From: Clostridia bacterium
Lineage (GTDB): Bacteria > Bacillota > Clostridia > Oscillospirales > CAG-272
NCBI GenBank assembly: GCA_017466685.1
Contig: JAFTTS010000045.1
Span: 19 to 64,018, forward strand
Length of the DNA: 64,000 bases
Direction of reading: 5' to 3'
Positions 1-9,577 of the stretch are shown here, one piece after another. The translations under genes and the position numbers were made by a program. How positions within the stretch are numbered: position 1 is the stretch's first letter; the number at the start of each line of letters is the position of its first letter. The notes beneath the pieces are model-generated. The model made no database searches, was not told where the DNA came from, and saw nothing but the letters and a program-made list of their open reading frames with translations.

Positions 1-539
1 ACACAAAGAAATACGTGTTCCTCAAAAACGGTGAGGAGCTGACAAGTCGAATATACGGAATAATCATGGATATGCACGGTGAAAACCTTCGCGAGGAGGT
101 AGGCTTTGATATGATAATCCGCGGATATATCAACATCCTGCTTGGCATGTTCTACCGTTACAACATACTTGAAAACGTATGGGATATTTACACAAACGAA
201 GCTATCAGAAAAATCCGTCCCGCACTCGAATACATAGACGATAATTACCGTGACGAAATAACGCTCAAATCCCTCGCCGACACGATACACGTCAACCGCG
301 AATACTTCTGTCGCACCTTCAAAAAAGCGACAAACATCACGCCGACGGAATACATAAATCACGTTCGCATCTGGAAAGCGGAGGGACTGCTTACAACAAC
401 GGACAAAAGTATCCTCGAGGTTGCAACGGATGTTGGATTTTCGTCTGTATCCTATTTCAACAGAGTTTTCAGGAAGTTCAAAACCACAACTCCCTCTGCG
501 TACAGAGAGATCCTTTATGCGAAGAATAAGCTGATATAA
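1..539 (+). CDS. AraC-family transcriptional regulator (5'-truncated by window edge)
   Basis: C-terminal double HTH (ITLKSLADTIHVNREYFCRTFKK...SILEVATDVGFSSVSYFNRVFRK). Frame is open back to the window start. Confidence 0.9.
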   Translation, partial: TKKYVFLKNGEELTSRIYGIIMDMHGENLREEVGFDMIIRGYINILLGMFYRYNILENVWDIYTNEAIRKIRPALEYIDDNYRDEITLKSLADTIHVNREYFCRTFKKATNITPTEYINHVRIWKAEGLLTTTDKSILEVATDVGFSSVSYFNRVFRKFKTTTPSAYREILYAKNKLI

Positions 540-545
540 AAAATC

Positions 546-579
546 AAGGTATGAGAAAGATAACACTCATACCTTTTTG
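546..579. terminator. Bidirectional intrinsic terminator
   Basis: Perfect 10-bp inverted repeat AAGGTATGAG / CTCATACCTT with flanking A and T tracts, between convergent genes. Confidence 0.8.
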
Positions 580-586
580 TTATATC

Positions 587-1684
587 CTATTTTACAGCCA
601 ACAAATTAAGATCCCACGCGGGAACATATTCATATCTGCGAAGATAAAGCTTATCATACCCCATCGCCTTTACAAGCAACGGCAGACGGTATAAATCTTC
701 ACTCCGATGATAGAGCGACACAAGCAACTGCGGATGCTCTCTGTCAATAGTCTCACGTGAACCGATCAACGCCTCGTATTCCGCGCCCTCGACGTCATAT
801 TTGATGTAGTCACATTCGCCCGAATATACGCTGTCAAGACGCGATGCCGTAACAGTTTTGATCTTTGCGCCCGTTTTAAGCGCATCACTTCCGATAAGCG
901 TGGAATTACGGTTTCCGCCCGCTGTGAATTCAAGCGTCACATCCTTGTCCCATGCGGCGAAATTGTACGCCTTGATCTCATATGGCGCACTCTCGGCAAA
1001 TGCTGTCAGCTTTTTGTACGTCCGTGCATCCGGCTCAAACGCCACAACACGCGAAAGTTCAGGTGCAAACCCATAAAGCTCACGTATACTGTCGCCGTTG
1101 TATGCGCCAAGATCGGCGGTATAACGGTAATTTTTCGTATCAAGTATACGTCCCATCACGTCATCATTTGTAACCGTGTGACGGCGGAGATATTCGAGCT
1201 TACCCGTCAGGCGATAAAGTATCACGTCGCAAAAGGTCTGCTTTGATAAGTCGTCCGCAAGCATATCGCACACGCGCTCAAACTCGTCACGGTGACGCTC
1301 AAAAAACTCAAGATCAAACAACTCACCGTCATTAACAACGGGAACATCCGGAATATAAAGTTCACGCTCTCCGTCAAGACGGTAAATATTAGCAAGCACC
1401 TCGGGAAGCTGTGTACCGAAGGACACCACAATGATAAAATCGTCATACTTCTCGCAGATCTCGGCATAACTCATAACTGTCTTGTTATGAAAAATCTGAT
1501 GACGTACAAACCCATCCGATGCAAAAAAGTCGGAAACCTCGATTCCCTTCTCTGAAAAAACGGCGAGGATCTTGTCCGCACCGTTTCCCATTCCATACAT
1601 CACGATCGGCTTTGTCGATTCTTTAAGCGTCTGCCACATATCGCGACCAACGTCTATTTCCTTAACCGAATGATATATCTTCAT
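587..1684 (-). CDS. FkbM-family SAM-dependent methyltransferase
   Basis: Motifs DLGAYNGDS, VVAFEPD, YIKYDVEGAE, plus an extra N-terminal MYGMGNGA Rossmann-like segment. ATGA overlap with the upstream gene. Confidence 0.85.
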   Translation of the reverse strand: MKIYHSVKEIDVGRDMWQTLKESTKPIVMYGMGNGADKILAVFSEKGIEVSDFFASDGFVRHQIFHNKTVMSYAEICEKYDDFIIVVSFGTQLPEVLANIYRLDGERELYIPDVPVVNDGELFDLEFFERHRDEFERVCDMLADDLSKQTFCDVILYRLTGKLEYLRRHTVTNDDVMGRILDTKNYRYTADLGAYNGDSIRELYGFAPELSRVVAFEPDARTYKKLTAFAESAPYEIKAYNFAAWDKDVTLEFTAGGNRNSTLIGSDALKTGAKIKTVTASRLDSVYSGECDYIKYDVEGAEYEALIGSRETIDREHPQLLVSLYHRSEDLYRLPLLVKAMGYDKLYLRRYEYVPAWDLNLLAVK

Positions 1685-2499
1685 ATTTTCAAAAATCTCT
1701 TTGCATTATTATAGAAAATGTCCTCGCGTTCTTTTTCGGTGAGTTCAACCTTGAGCAGACGTTCGATCTCGCCCTCAGTGTTTTTAACGGGATAATCCGT
1801 ACCGAACATAACGCGGTCAGTTCCAAGCTTATGTATCAACTCGCCTGCATACTCTGACGTCATCGCCCATAAAGCACTTGAGGTATCATACCAAACGTTC
1901 GGTCTGCCGGAAAGATACTCCACCGCCTCATCCCATGCACCATAACCGCCGAGATGTGCCGCAACGACCTCAAGCTTCGGAAAACGGTCGAGTACACGTG
2001 CTAATTTTTTAGGCTCGGAGAAGCGGTATTTCGGACGCGGATCGCCCATATGCAGATAAAGCGGCATACGTCCCTCAATTGTCTCGTAAAGCCCCATCAT
2101 ACGCGGCGAGTCAATATCAACGCCCTGAATATCCGGGTGAATCTTAACTCCGCGAAGTCCGATAGACTCTGCACGGTTAACCTCTGCCGCAAAATCCGGA
2201 TAATCCTGATGCATACCCATGAATCCCACGGTTTCGTATCCATCATCACGCGATTTCTGAGCCAGTGCCGCAATCGAATCATTGACCTTCTGAACCTGAT
2301 GTGCATTCGTCGCGACAGAGAAAAGCAGCATACCTTTAACATTGTTCGCCTTACTGTTTTCGGCAAGCTCCGAATAGGTTCCCTTACCTTCGGAAACAAA
2401 CTCGTAAAACGCATTGAGACTCGTCACCGCTTTTTCGGCAATAGCCTCGGGATATGTGTGAGTGTGGATATCAAATATTTTATACGACCTGTTTTTCAT
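1681..2499 (-). CDS. Amidohydrolase_2-family metal-dependent hydrolase
   Basis: Motifs DIHTH, GVKIHP, LHMG, AAHLGG, MFGTDYP. Confidence 0.88.
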   Translation of the reverse strand: MKNRSYKIFDIHTHTYPEAIAEKAVTSLNAFYEFVSEGKGTYSELAENSKANNVKGMLLFSVATNAHQVQKVNDSIAALAQKSRDDGYETVGFMGMHQDYPDFAAEVNRAESIGLRGVKIHPDIQGVDIDSPRMMGLYETIEGRMPLYLHMGDPRPKYRFSEPKKLARVLDRFPKLEVVAAHLGGYGAWDEAVEYLSGRPNVWYDTSSALWAMTSEYAGELIHKLGTDRVMFGTDYPVKNTEGEIERLLKVELTEKEREDIFYNNAKRFLKI

Positions 2500-2501
2500 G
2501 A

Positions 2502-3815
2502 TTAATAAACAAATTCCTGGTAAATTGCGCGAAGTGCATCCTCAAAGTCCGCTTCCTCAACGCCGACGATGATACTGATCTCGCTTGAACCCTGGTCGAT
2601 CATGCGGATGTTGATACCTGCGCCGCTTATTGCCTTGAAGACACGTGCCGCAGTACCCTTTGCCTTAACCATAGCGCGTCCGACGACTGCAACGAGCGCA
2701 AGTCCGTCCTCAATTTCAAGAGTCTCGGGATTTACATGACGGCAGATACCCGTCTTGATCGCTTCACGCTTGCCTTCAAGCTCATGAGTGTTTAATATGA
2801 TACTCATGTTGTCGATACCCGAAGGAAGATGCTCGAAGCAAATACCGTTAGTTTCAAGAACCTCAAGAACACGGCGTCCGAAGCCAACCTCAGCGTTCAT
2901 CATGTCCTTTTCGATCGTGAGTACCGAGAAGCCCTTCTTACCTGCAACACCGGTGATGACGTTGCCTGTGTCATACTTATCGCTCGAGGAAACGATAAAT
3001 GTACCGTGAGCCTCGGGATTGTTTGTATTTCTGATGTTTATCGGAATACCTGCGATACGTACGGGGAAAATTGCATCCTCATGGAGTACGGTCGCACCCA
3101 TGTATGAAAGCTCACGCAGCTCGCGGTATGTGATCTCGTTAATGACACGGGGAGAATCGACGATGCGCGGATCGGCCATAAGGAAGCCGTCAACGTCCGT
3201 CCAGTTTTCGTAAATATCACACTCAGCGGCACGTGCAACGATAGAACCGGTAATATCCGAGCCACCGCGCGAGAATGTCTTGATGGTGTCATTCGGCATG
3301 GAACCGTAGAAACCGGGGATAACAGCATATTCGTGCTGTTTCAGGACCTCGGAAAGAACCGTATTTGTGCGCTCGGAATCGAAAAGACCGTTATCATTGA
3401 AGAAGATAACCTCTGCCGCATCGATAAAGTCAAAGCCGAGATAACGTGCAAGAATCTTACCGTTAAGATACTCGCCACGGCTTGCGGCAAAGTCACGTCC
3501 TGCCTTATGTATGAAGGCGTTCTTTATAAGATGGAAATCATCCTCAAGCGAAAAATCGAGTCCGAGCTCGGCAATGATACCGTTATAACGAGCTTCGATA
3601 GCCGAGAAGTATTCGTTGATATCCTCGCCTCTTGCTGCCATGTCATAGCAGGTGTAAAGCATATCGGTGACCTTTGTGTCATCCTTGAAACGCTTACCGG
3701 GCGCGGAGGGAACGACGTAACGGCGCTCTGCCTCAGCCTTTATAATATCTGCAACCTTCTTAAACTGTGCGGCATCCGCAAGAGAACTGCCGCCGAATTT
3801 TACAACCTTTAACAC
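2502..3815 (-). CDS. lysC: Aspartate kinase
   Basis: KVVKFGGSSLA, RGGSDITG, WTDVDG..ADPR and C-terminal ACT domains. GTG at 3815 has a well-spaced GAGG RBS (ORF track starts at 3824). Confidence 0.93.
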   Translation of the reverse strand: MLKVVKFGGSSLADAAQFKKVADIIKAEAERRYVVPSAPGKRFKDDTKVTDMLYTCYDMAARGEDINEYFSAIEARYNGIIAELGLDFSLEDDFHLIKNAFIHKAGRDFAASRGEYLNGKILARYLGFDFIDAAEVIFFNDNGLFDSERTNTVLSEVLKQHEYAVIPGFYGSMPNDTIKTFSRGGSDITGSIVARAAECDIYENWTDVDGFLMADPRIVDSPRVINEITYRELRELSYMGATVLHEDAIFPVRIAGIPINIRNTNNPEAHGTFIVSSSDKYDTGNVITGVAGKKGFSVLTIEKDMMNAEVGFGRRVLEVLETNGICFEHLPSGIDNMSIILNTHELEGKREAIKTGICRHVNPETLEIEDGLALVAVVGRAMVKAKGTAARVFKAISGAGINIRMIDQGSSEISIIVGVEEADFEDALRAIYQEFVY

Positions 3816-3871
3816 GATAATCAACCTCTGTATATAAATATTTATATTGACAATATTATTGCATATATTAT

Positions 3872-3900
3872 ATTATATGAAAAAAAAGGCACTTTGTCAA
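3872..3900 (-). promoter_or_regulatory. Sigma-A promoter of the lysC operon
   Basis: TTGACA (3900-3895), 17-nt spacer, TATAAT (3877-3872). Confidence 0.75.
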
Positions 3901-4011
3901 GTGTCGATCGAAATTTCGTAAGCGTTGACAGCCGCACCCGAAAAAAGCACGGCTGTCATGTACATATTAACAAAGTGAAATTTTAATATCGCACGAAAGT
4001 CACACAGACTG

Positions 4012-5508
4012 TCAGTTCCCTGCGGAAATATATTCAAGATACTCCTCAAGACACATATTCATCTGATACATCTTCTGTGCGTGATAACGTCCGACATAAC
4101 GGTAATGCCACGGCTCAAACGATATACCCGTAACCTCCGTCTTATCCTCGGGATAGCGAAGAATGAAACCAAACTTCCAGCAGTTTTCCTTTAACCACGT
4201 GTAAGCCGCTTCATTTGCAAACGACTTGTCAGCTCCCGGCAGATTGTGCAAGTCGGCGCAAAGTCCCGTCTGATGCTCACTCGAGCCGGGCGGATTTGAG
4301 AAGGATGCAACATAATCATAGTCGTTGTTATACTGTGCAAGATACATATTAAAGAGATATTCCTGATAGCTGTAGCTTCTGTACGCGCTCGTTACGCTGA
4401 CATCCTCATAGCCTGCTGCACGAAGCTCCTTGAACATCGCCTCAAGCGACATCGCCGCATTTTTACGAAGCATCTGTGTTTCGCGTCCATCCTGTCTCGT
4501 GTCAACAACAGAGGTAAGATCCTGCGGAATATGATCGGCACCGAGCTTATTATTGATATTAACAAGCGTCAGAAATTCATCGGTGTTTCCGGGGTTCATA
4601 TATTCCTCGTAAGCCGCGAGATTGGAGACAAAACCAAGATCGGGAAGCTCTGCCAGTGCCTCTGCTTCTTCATCGAGCGGTTCAAGGCCGACTGCAGACT
4701 GAAGCAAGAACGAAAGCTCGGCATAAATCGGATCCTCACCCTTGGGAAGCTTACCGTTTTCACCCAAATTGGTCACGATTCGCTCAATCTTCACAGTGTG
4801 ACTGCCCTCATCAACCTCGACGTTGATTCCGCTTACATATGCGCTGACAAACTCAACCGGAACATACAATTCCTTATCCTTGAAATAACAGTTTGCGCTA
4901 AGACGGGTTTCAACGCCGTTCACGTAAACCACACGCGAATCGGTTACAAATCGGATAGTTTCGGCTTCGTCGCCTTTGATAACATATTTCATATCCTCGT
5001 TCGAACCGGTAATGGCGAGGTCACACATAGCCGCAACATCGGTAAAGCTGACATAAATCTCACCGTCTCTGACAGCCTGTGAGCTCGGAAGCGAATATTC
5101 GTTATCACCGATTGAATAGCTGTAGCTTGACGACTTGTCCTCGGGCGCACTCGTCAGAACCAGCATGAAAATTCCGCCGACGATAGCCGCCATAAGCGCA
5201 AATACCGCGAGAAAAAGCAAAAATCTCGCGCCAAATGTCTTCAAACGTGCATTGCGCCTTTTTTTGATATAATATCTTTCCCGCTGACGGTTAACACGAT
5301 TGATCTCGATCTGCTCGTGAGTCAGCTTGACCTCACTTTTGGTTGCACGGCGCTGTGTGGGCGTTTGATCCTTGATGCGGTTCATCGACTGCCCTGTAGT
5401 TTGGCTATTGCGTCCGTTCTGGGTTGGTCTTCCCTGAGTCTGACGGTTTTGCTGTCCCTGCGGCGGAACATTCGGTCTGCCGTTATTCGGTTGACGGTTA
5501 TTGTTCAT
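4012..5508 (-). CDS. Membrane-anchored M15B (VanY/LdcB-like) D-Ala-D-Ala or L,D-carboxypeptidase with a copper-amine-oxidase-N-like stalk
   Basis: Motifs SAYRSY, SEHQTGLCAD, EPWHYRYVG. Single TM helix after a Q/N/R-rich N-terminus. ATG at 5508 with GAGG RBS. Confidence 0.85.
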   Translation of the reverse strand: MNNNRQPNNGRPNVPPQGQQNRQTQGRPTQNGRNSQTTGQSMNRIKDQTPTQRRATKSEVKLTHEQIEINRVNRQRERYYIKKRRNARLKTFGARFLLFLAVFALMAAIVGGIFMLVLTSAPEDKSSSYSYSIGDNEYSLPSSQAVRDGEIYVSFTDVAAMCDLAITGSNEDMKYVIKGDEAETIRFVTDSRVVYVNGVETRLSANCYFKDKELYVPVEFVSAYVSGINVEVDEGSHTVKIERIVTNLGENGKLPKGEDPIYAELSFLLQSAVGLEPLDEEAEALAELPDLGFVSNLAAYEEYMNPGNTDEFLTLVNINNKLGADHIPQDLTSVVDTRQDGRETQMLRKNAAMSLEAMFKELRAAGYEDVSVTSAYRSYSYQEYLFNMYLAQYNNDYDYVASFSNPPGSSEHQTGLCADLHNLPGADKSFANEAAYTWLKENCWKFGFILRYPEDKTEVTGISFEPWHYRYVGRYHAQKMYQMNMCLEEYLEYISAGN

Positions 5509-5682
5509 ATTAACCTCGTATATCATAGCGAGTGATAATCACATCGCAGTATTTGTAATGTATCATTCTAATTATAACACATAATTCGCGTCAAATAAAT
5601 AGGAAATCGTAATTTTTTTAAATATTTTTTCAAAAACGCAAAAATATACATTTTCCGGGATTACAGAAAAATACAAATCCGA

Positions 5683-6384
5683 TTATTTCCCCCAATTTTC
5701 AGACAGTATTTCCCGCCATAATCCCCTGAGATATTCCCTGTGACGTTTATAATCGGGACAGTAAGCGGCAACATTCTCCCAGAAGCGTTTTGAGTGATTG
5801 AATTCATGCATATGACAAAGCTCATGAACGATGATATAATCAACAGCCTCAGGCGACGCCATAATGCAGAACCACGAAAAATTAAGTGAGGCGCGGCGTG
5901 AACAGCTTGCCCAGTGTGAGGTCGCACTGTTGAATTTCACCGCACTCGGCACAAGTCCCATTAACGCGGAAAGCTCGGTAACTCTCTTTGAAATATATTC
6001 CCTTGCATATTTTTTGTAAAGCTCCACCACCGCAGTACGTATCTCCTCCGAGGAAAGCGTGGACGGCAGGTAGAAGGCTTCGTCATCGATCTGCATTTTC
6101 ATGTCTCCATCCGCACGTATTTCACGCCTTGTTCCGAGAAAACGTACCGTAGAACCGTAATCAAGCAAAAACGACTCACGCGAAGCAATCATCATCTTCT
6201 GACGCTCACACTCCGCCGCAATACGTTCGGCATAAGGTAGCATTAGCTCATTTATTTTATTTAAGGCCACACGTCTTGGCGCAAGTATCTCCGGAGTACC
6301 GTCTTTTGCCAAACGGAAACAGACCGACCGTCTGTCACTGCGCTTTACACGGCAAACGACCGTACCTATCTCAAGCGTTTCCAT
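5683..6384 (-). CDS. YgjP/DUF45 (M48/SprT-like) zinc-dependent hydrolase
   Basis: WASCS, DYIIVHELCH..EFNHSKRFW. Likely start at METLEIG. Confidence 0.85.
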   Translation of the reverse strand: METLEIGTVVCRVKRSDRRSVCFRLAKDGTPEILAPRRVALNKINELMLPYAERIAAECERQKMMIASRESFLLDYGSTVRFLGTRREIRADGDMKMQIDDEAFYLPSTLSSEEIRTAVVELYKKYAREYISKRVTELSALMGLVPSAVKFNSATSHWASCSRRASLNFSWFCIMASPEAVDYIIVHELCHMHEFNHSKRFWENVAAYCPDYKRHREYLRGLWREILSENWGK

Positions 6385-7000
6385 GCTTAAACATCCTCGA
6401 AAATTCACAGCCGCAGAAATCCTGCCTGTAAAGTCCGTACTCGCGTGAGAGTTCTATCGAACGCTTGTAGCCCTCTCTTTTTTTGAACTCTGACGGCAGA
6501 TAACGAACACCGTACTTTTCCGAAAGCTCTGCACCGATCTCATTAAGCATTTCAGCGTTTTTGTGCGGACTGACGGTCAGCGTTGTTGCGAAATAATCAT
6601 ATTTCCCGTCATTTTCCGCCATGTAACGTGCCGTCATATCAAGATGCTCACGGTAACAGGCAAAGCAGCGTACACCACCCTCAGCAAGCGTTTCAAGCCC
6701 ACGTGACAATTCAAGAAAACGGCTCGGCTCATGCTCGCAGACGATAAGCTCTACCTTATTTTTGTGTTCCATTACCGAGATTAGTCGACTGAGCTCATCT
6801 GCACGCTTTTTGTATTCGTTTTCGTCGGTAATATTCGGATTGTAAAAAAACAGCGTTATATTAAAATATTTGGTAAGATACTCGAGAACATAGCTCGAGC
6901 AAGGTGCACAGCAAGCGTGCAAAAGCAACCTCGGAGCTGACTTTTTTGCCTCTATCAGCGAGAGCTCCTTGTCGAGCATTGCCTGATAATTTATTTTCAT
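6371..7000 (-). CDS. queH: Epoxyqueuosine reductase QueH (DUF208)
   Basis: LLLHACCAPCS, FFYNPNI, RCFACY, TTLTVSPHK, LYRQDFCGCEFS. Confidence 0.92.
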   Translation of the reverse strand: MKINYQAMLDKELSLIEAKKSAPRLLLHACCAPCSSYVLEYLTKYFNITLFFYNPNITDENEYKKRADELSRLISVMEHKNKVELIVCEHEPSRFLELSRGLETLAEGGVRCFACYREHLDMTARYMAENDGKYDYFATTLTVSPHKNAEMLNEIGAELSEKYGVRYLPSEFKKREGYKRSIELSREYGLYRQDFCGCEFSRMFKHGNA

Positions 7001-7095
7001 ATTTTTTAAATTAATATTGCAACCCGGCTTTCTTTGTGGTATAATTATTTTATGGTATGATCTATATTATTAACGAAAAGGGGGGCGGAACGGTT

Positions 7096-8094
7096 TTGAG
7101 TAAAAATAAAAGAAGAAAAAAGCATCAAAATAAAAAAGAGAAAATATATCCGATAAAGCCCGTTCCCACTGCCACTGAAAAAATCAAAGAAATCACGGTC
7201 GATGTCCCGAAAGCTGTCAGCTGTGTGCCGTGGTCGGTTATAGTAACAAATCTGATATTTGCAATTATAACCGTTGCCATCGCTGTTTTTATGATATCAC
7301 AGCTTTTCTGCGAATATAACTATAAATATTCCACGCATGACCTTCCGCCAAAGGCACAGAATGACAGTGAACTGCAAAAAATCGAATCTATTGACGAAGC
7401 CGACGCACCGCCGATTCCGAGAGAACCGGTTATTTACGATTTTGCAAGTGCCGTCCCCGAAAGTGCGGCCGTTGATTACGATTATTTTGACGACACTGTA
7501 TTCATCGGAGACTCGCGAACAAAGGGACTTATAACATATTCAAAGCTCTCACCGTACGACTTTTCCTCTGTCGGACTCAATGTCGGACTTTTATTGACGC
7601 AACCGTTCATCCGTCTGCCCGATGATGATGGAGAGCTGCAGTCATATACGCTCCTTGAAGCACTCGAACGCGAGGACGTAAATTACAAGGCTATCTATAT
7701 AGCAACCGGTCTTAACGAGCTTGGCTGGCCCGCGGACGGATTTATCGCGGCGTTTTCCGATCTCATTGACGCCCTGCGTGAAGTCACGGACGTTCCGATA
7801 TACGTTCAGCTGATAATTCCCGTAACGACCTATTCCTCAGAAACAACAAAATTCGGTATCACCAACGAAAAGAACGTAATATTCAATGAACGTCTGATCA
7901 CCCTTGCCAAGGAAAAGGAGCTGTTTCTTCTCGATCCGCGCGAGCTTTTCACGCTTGAGGACGGAACGCTCGATCCCGCACATTCGTCAGACGGAGTTCA
8001 CTTAAACCGCGATTCCTGTGCGATCCTTGCGGATTATTACCGTACTCATGTCGTTGACCTGTATGAATACGACAACACCCGTCCGCAGGAATAA
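7096..8094 (+). CDS. Membrane-anchored SGNH/GDSL-family esterase or acetyltransferase
   Basis: FIGDSRT (block I), GLNE (block III), DGVHLN (block V), N-terminal TM helix. Start is uncertain (TTG 7096 or ATG 7057). Confidence 0.82.
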   Translation: MSKNKRRKKHQNKKEKIYPIKPVPTATEKIKEITVDVPKAVSCVPWSVIVTNLIFAIITVAIAVFMISQLFCEYNYKYSTHDLPPKAQNDSELQKIESIDEADAPPIPREPVIYDFASAVPESAAVDYDYFDDTVFIGDSRTKGLITYSKLSPYDFSSVGLNVGLLLTQPFIRLPDDDGELQSYTLLEALEREDVNYKAIYIATGLNELGWPADGFIAAFSDLIDALREVTDVPIYVQLIIPVTTYSSETTKFGITNEKNVIFNERLITLAKEKELFLLDPRELFTLEDGTLDPAHSSDGVHLNRDSCAILADYYRTHVVDLYEYDNTRPQE

Positions 8095-8128
8095 CATTCC
8101 AAACACATCAAAACAATAAAAGCAGATT

Positions 8129-8164
8129 TCGGAGCTGTCCTTGCCAGAATGCAGACAACTCCGA
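8129..8164. terminator. Hairpin between convergent genes, probable terminator
   Basis: TCGGAGCTGTC / GACAACTCCGA inverted repeat with one mismatch. Confidence 0.55.
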
Positions 8165-8168
8165 TTTC

Positions 8169-8588
8169 TTATTTTCTTCGACTGTCGAGGTAATTCTGCA
8201 AAATTATCTGAGCCGAAAGTGTATCGACTGCCGCCTTACGTTTCTTTCCGCGTGTGTCGGTAAAATTGAGTATCTGATGTGCCGCCATCGTGCTGCACCT
8301 CTCGTCAAACATCTCAATTGGCAGTCCCGTCGCCTCACCAAGCAGCTTTGCAAATTCCTCTGCGTGCTCGGCTCTTGGACCGCGAGTTCCGTTCATATTG
8401 ATCGGAAGCCCGACAACTATCCTCGTAACACCGTACTCCTTTGCCTTTTCGCTGACAAGCAATGCGGTTTTCGGCATATATGTGGAGTTCACGTATCCGA
8501 TGCCGTTTGCAAGCATACCGAGCGTATCACTGACGGCAAGTCCCGTTCGTGTGTCACCGAAATCGACACCAAGAATTCTGTCTGCCAT
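8169..8588 (-). CDS. ruvX: Holliday junction resolvase-like RuvX/YqgF (pre-16S rRNA nuclease)
   Basis: ILGVDFGDTRTGLAVSD, VVGLPINMNG, DERCST, VDTLSAQIILQNYLD. Confidence 0.93.
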   Translation of the reverse strand: MADRILGVDFGDTRTGLAVSDTLGMLANGIGYVNSTYMPKTALLVSEKAKEYGVTRIVVGLPINMNGTRGPRAEHAEEFAKLLGEATGLPIEMFDERCSTMAAHQILNFTDTRGKKRKAAVDTLSAQIILQNYLDSRRK

Positions 8589-8596
8589 CCCTAACC

Positions 8597-9532
8597 TCAC
8601 AGTACAATTTCATTTTCGCGCATAAATTCTTCAACCTGCGCCGTTGTCGGAATCGAGCTTGCCGCACCTGCTTTGGTGGAAACCAGTGCACCAACCACAT
8701 TCGCATATGTGACCGCACGTACAATATCGCCTGTTTTCATATATTCAAGCGTCATCGCGGCAGAAAATGCATCGCCTGCAGCAGTTGTATCAACGGCTTC
8801 AACCTCATACGGAGCAACGACTTTCGAATATTTTCCGTCATGGATATACGCACCTCGCTCACCAAGCTTGATGACAACATATTTCGTCTGAACCTTCTGC
8901 ATAAGTACCGTTGCCGCACGCAGAGCTTCGTTGATCGTTGAAGGCATGATACCCGTCAGCGCATAGGTTTCAATTTCATTCGGCGAAATAACCTCGAGCG
9001 GACCGAGACGGTCAAGAGGATAATTACGTCTGGCAGGTCCGGCATCAATAAAGACAGGGATGTTTCTCGCCTTCGCAAACTGTGTTGCCCCAATCACCGC
9101 TTCCGTCGGAATCTCAAATTGAAGAAGCACTGCATCGGGAATACACGTCATCGCATCCTCAACATCTTCCACGGTGAGATTCGCATTCGCGCCGGGATAG
9201 ACCACAATACGGTTGTTTGCGTTTTCCTCAACGATTATTGACGCAAGTCCCGTCGGCGCGTTTCTGTCGTTTATTATGAAGCGCGTATCAATTCCGCAGT
9301 CCTCATAAAGTGACATAAGTCGCTGTGCATGAGCATCGTTTCCGAGTCTTGCGCAGAAGATCGAATCCGCACCGAGTCTTGCCAGAGTTATAGCAGCGTT
9401 TGCGCCCTTTCCGCCGGGAACATAATCATAGCCGCGGCGTTCAATCAGAGTCTGACCTGCTTCGGGCATCTTGCCGACACGCATCACAAAGTCCATATTC
9501 GCAGAGCTGACAACGAGAATTCTCTTTTGCAT
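8597..9532 (-). CDS. rbsK: Ribokinase (PfkB family)
   Basis: GGKGANAA, PNEIE, DTTAAGDAF. Confidence 0.88.
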   Translation of the reverse strand: MQKRILVVSSANMDFVMRVGKMPEAGQTLIERRGYDYVPGGKGANAAITLARLGADSIFCARLGNDAHAQRLMSLYEDCGIDTRFIINDRNAPTGLASIIVEENANNRIVVYPGANANLTVEDVEDAMTCIPDAVLLQFEIPTEAVIGATQFAKARNIPVFIDAGPARRNYPLDRLGPLEVISPNEIETYALTGIMPSTINEALRAATVLMQKVQTKYVVIKLGERGAYIHDGKYSKVVAPYEVEAVDTTAAGDAFSAAMTLEYMKTGDIVRAVTYANVVGALVSTKAGAASSIPTTAQVEEFMRENEIVL

Positions 9533-9577
9533 TCAAAACATCCTTTCTCCAGAGTTTCTTAAAAAGCAATATCTAAA

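Noticed and set aside
3825-3871. Lysine riboswitch or operator palindromes before lysC
   Set aside because: The leader is too short for a riboswitch. The palindromes are almost pure A/T and expected by chance.
4012-5508. VanY as a vancomycin-resistance marker
   Set aside because: No vanHAX or vanRS genes are nearby. The architecture fits a housekeeping M15B carboxypeptidase.
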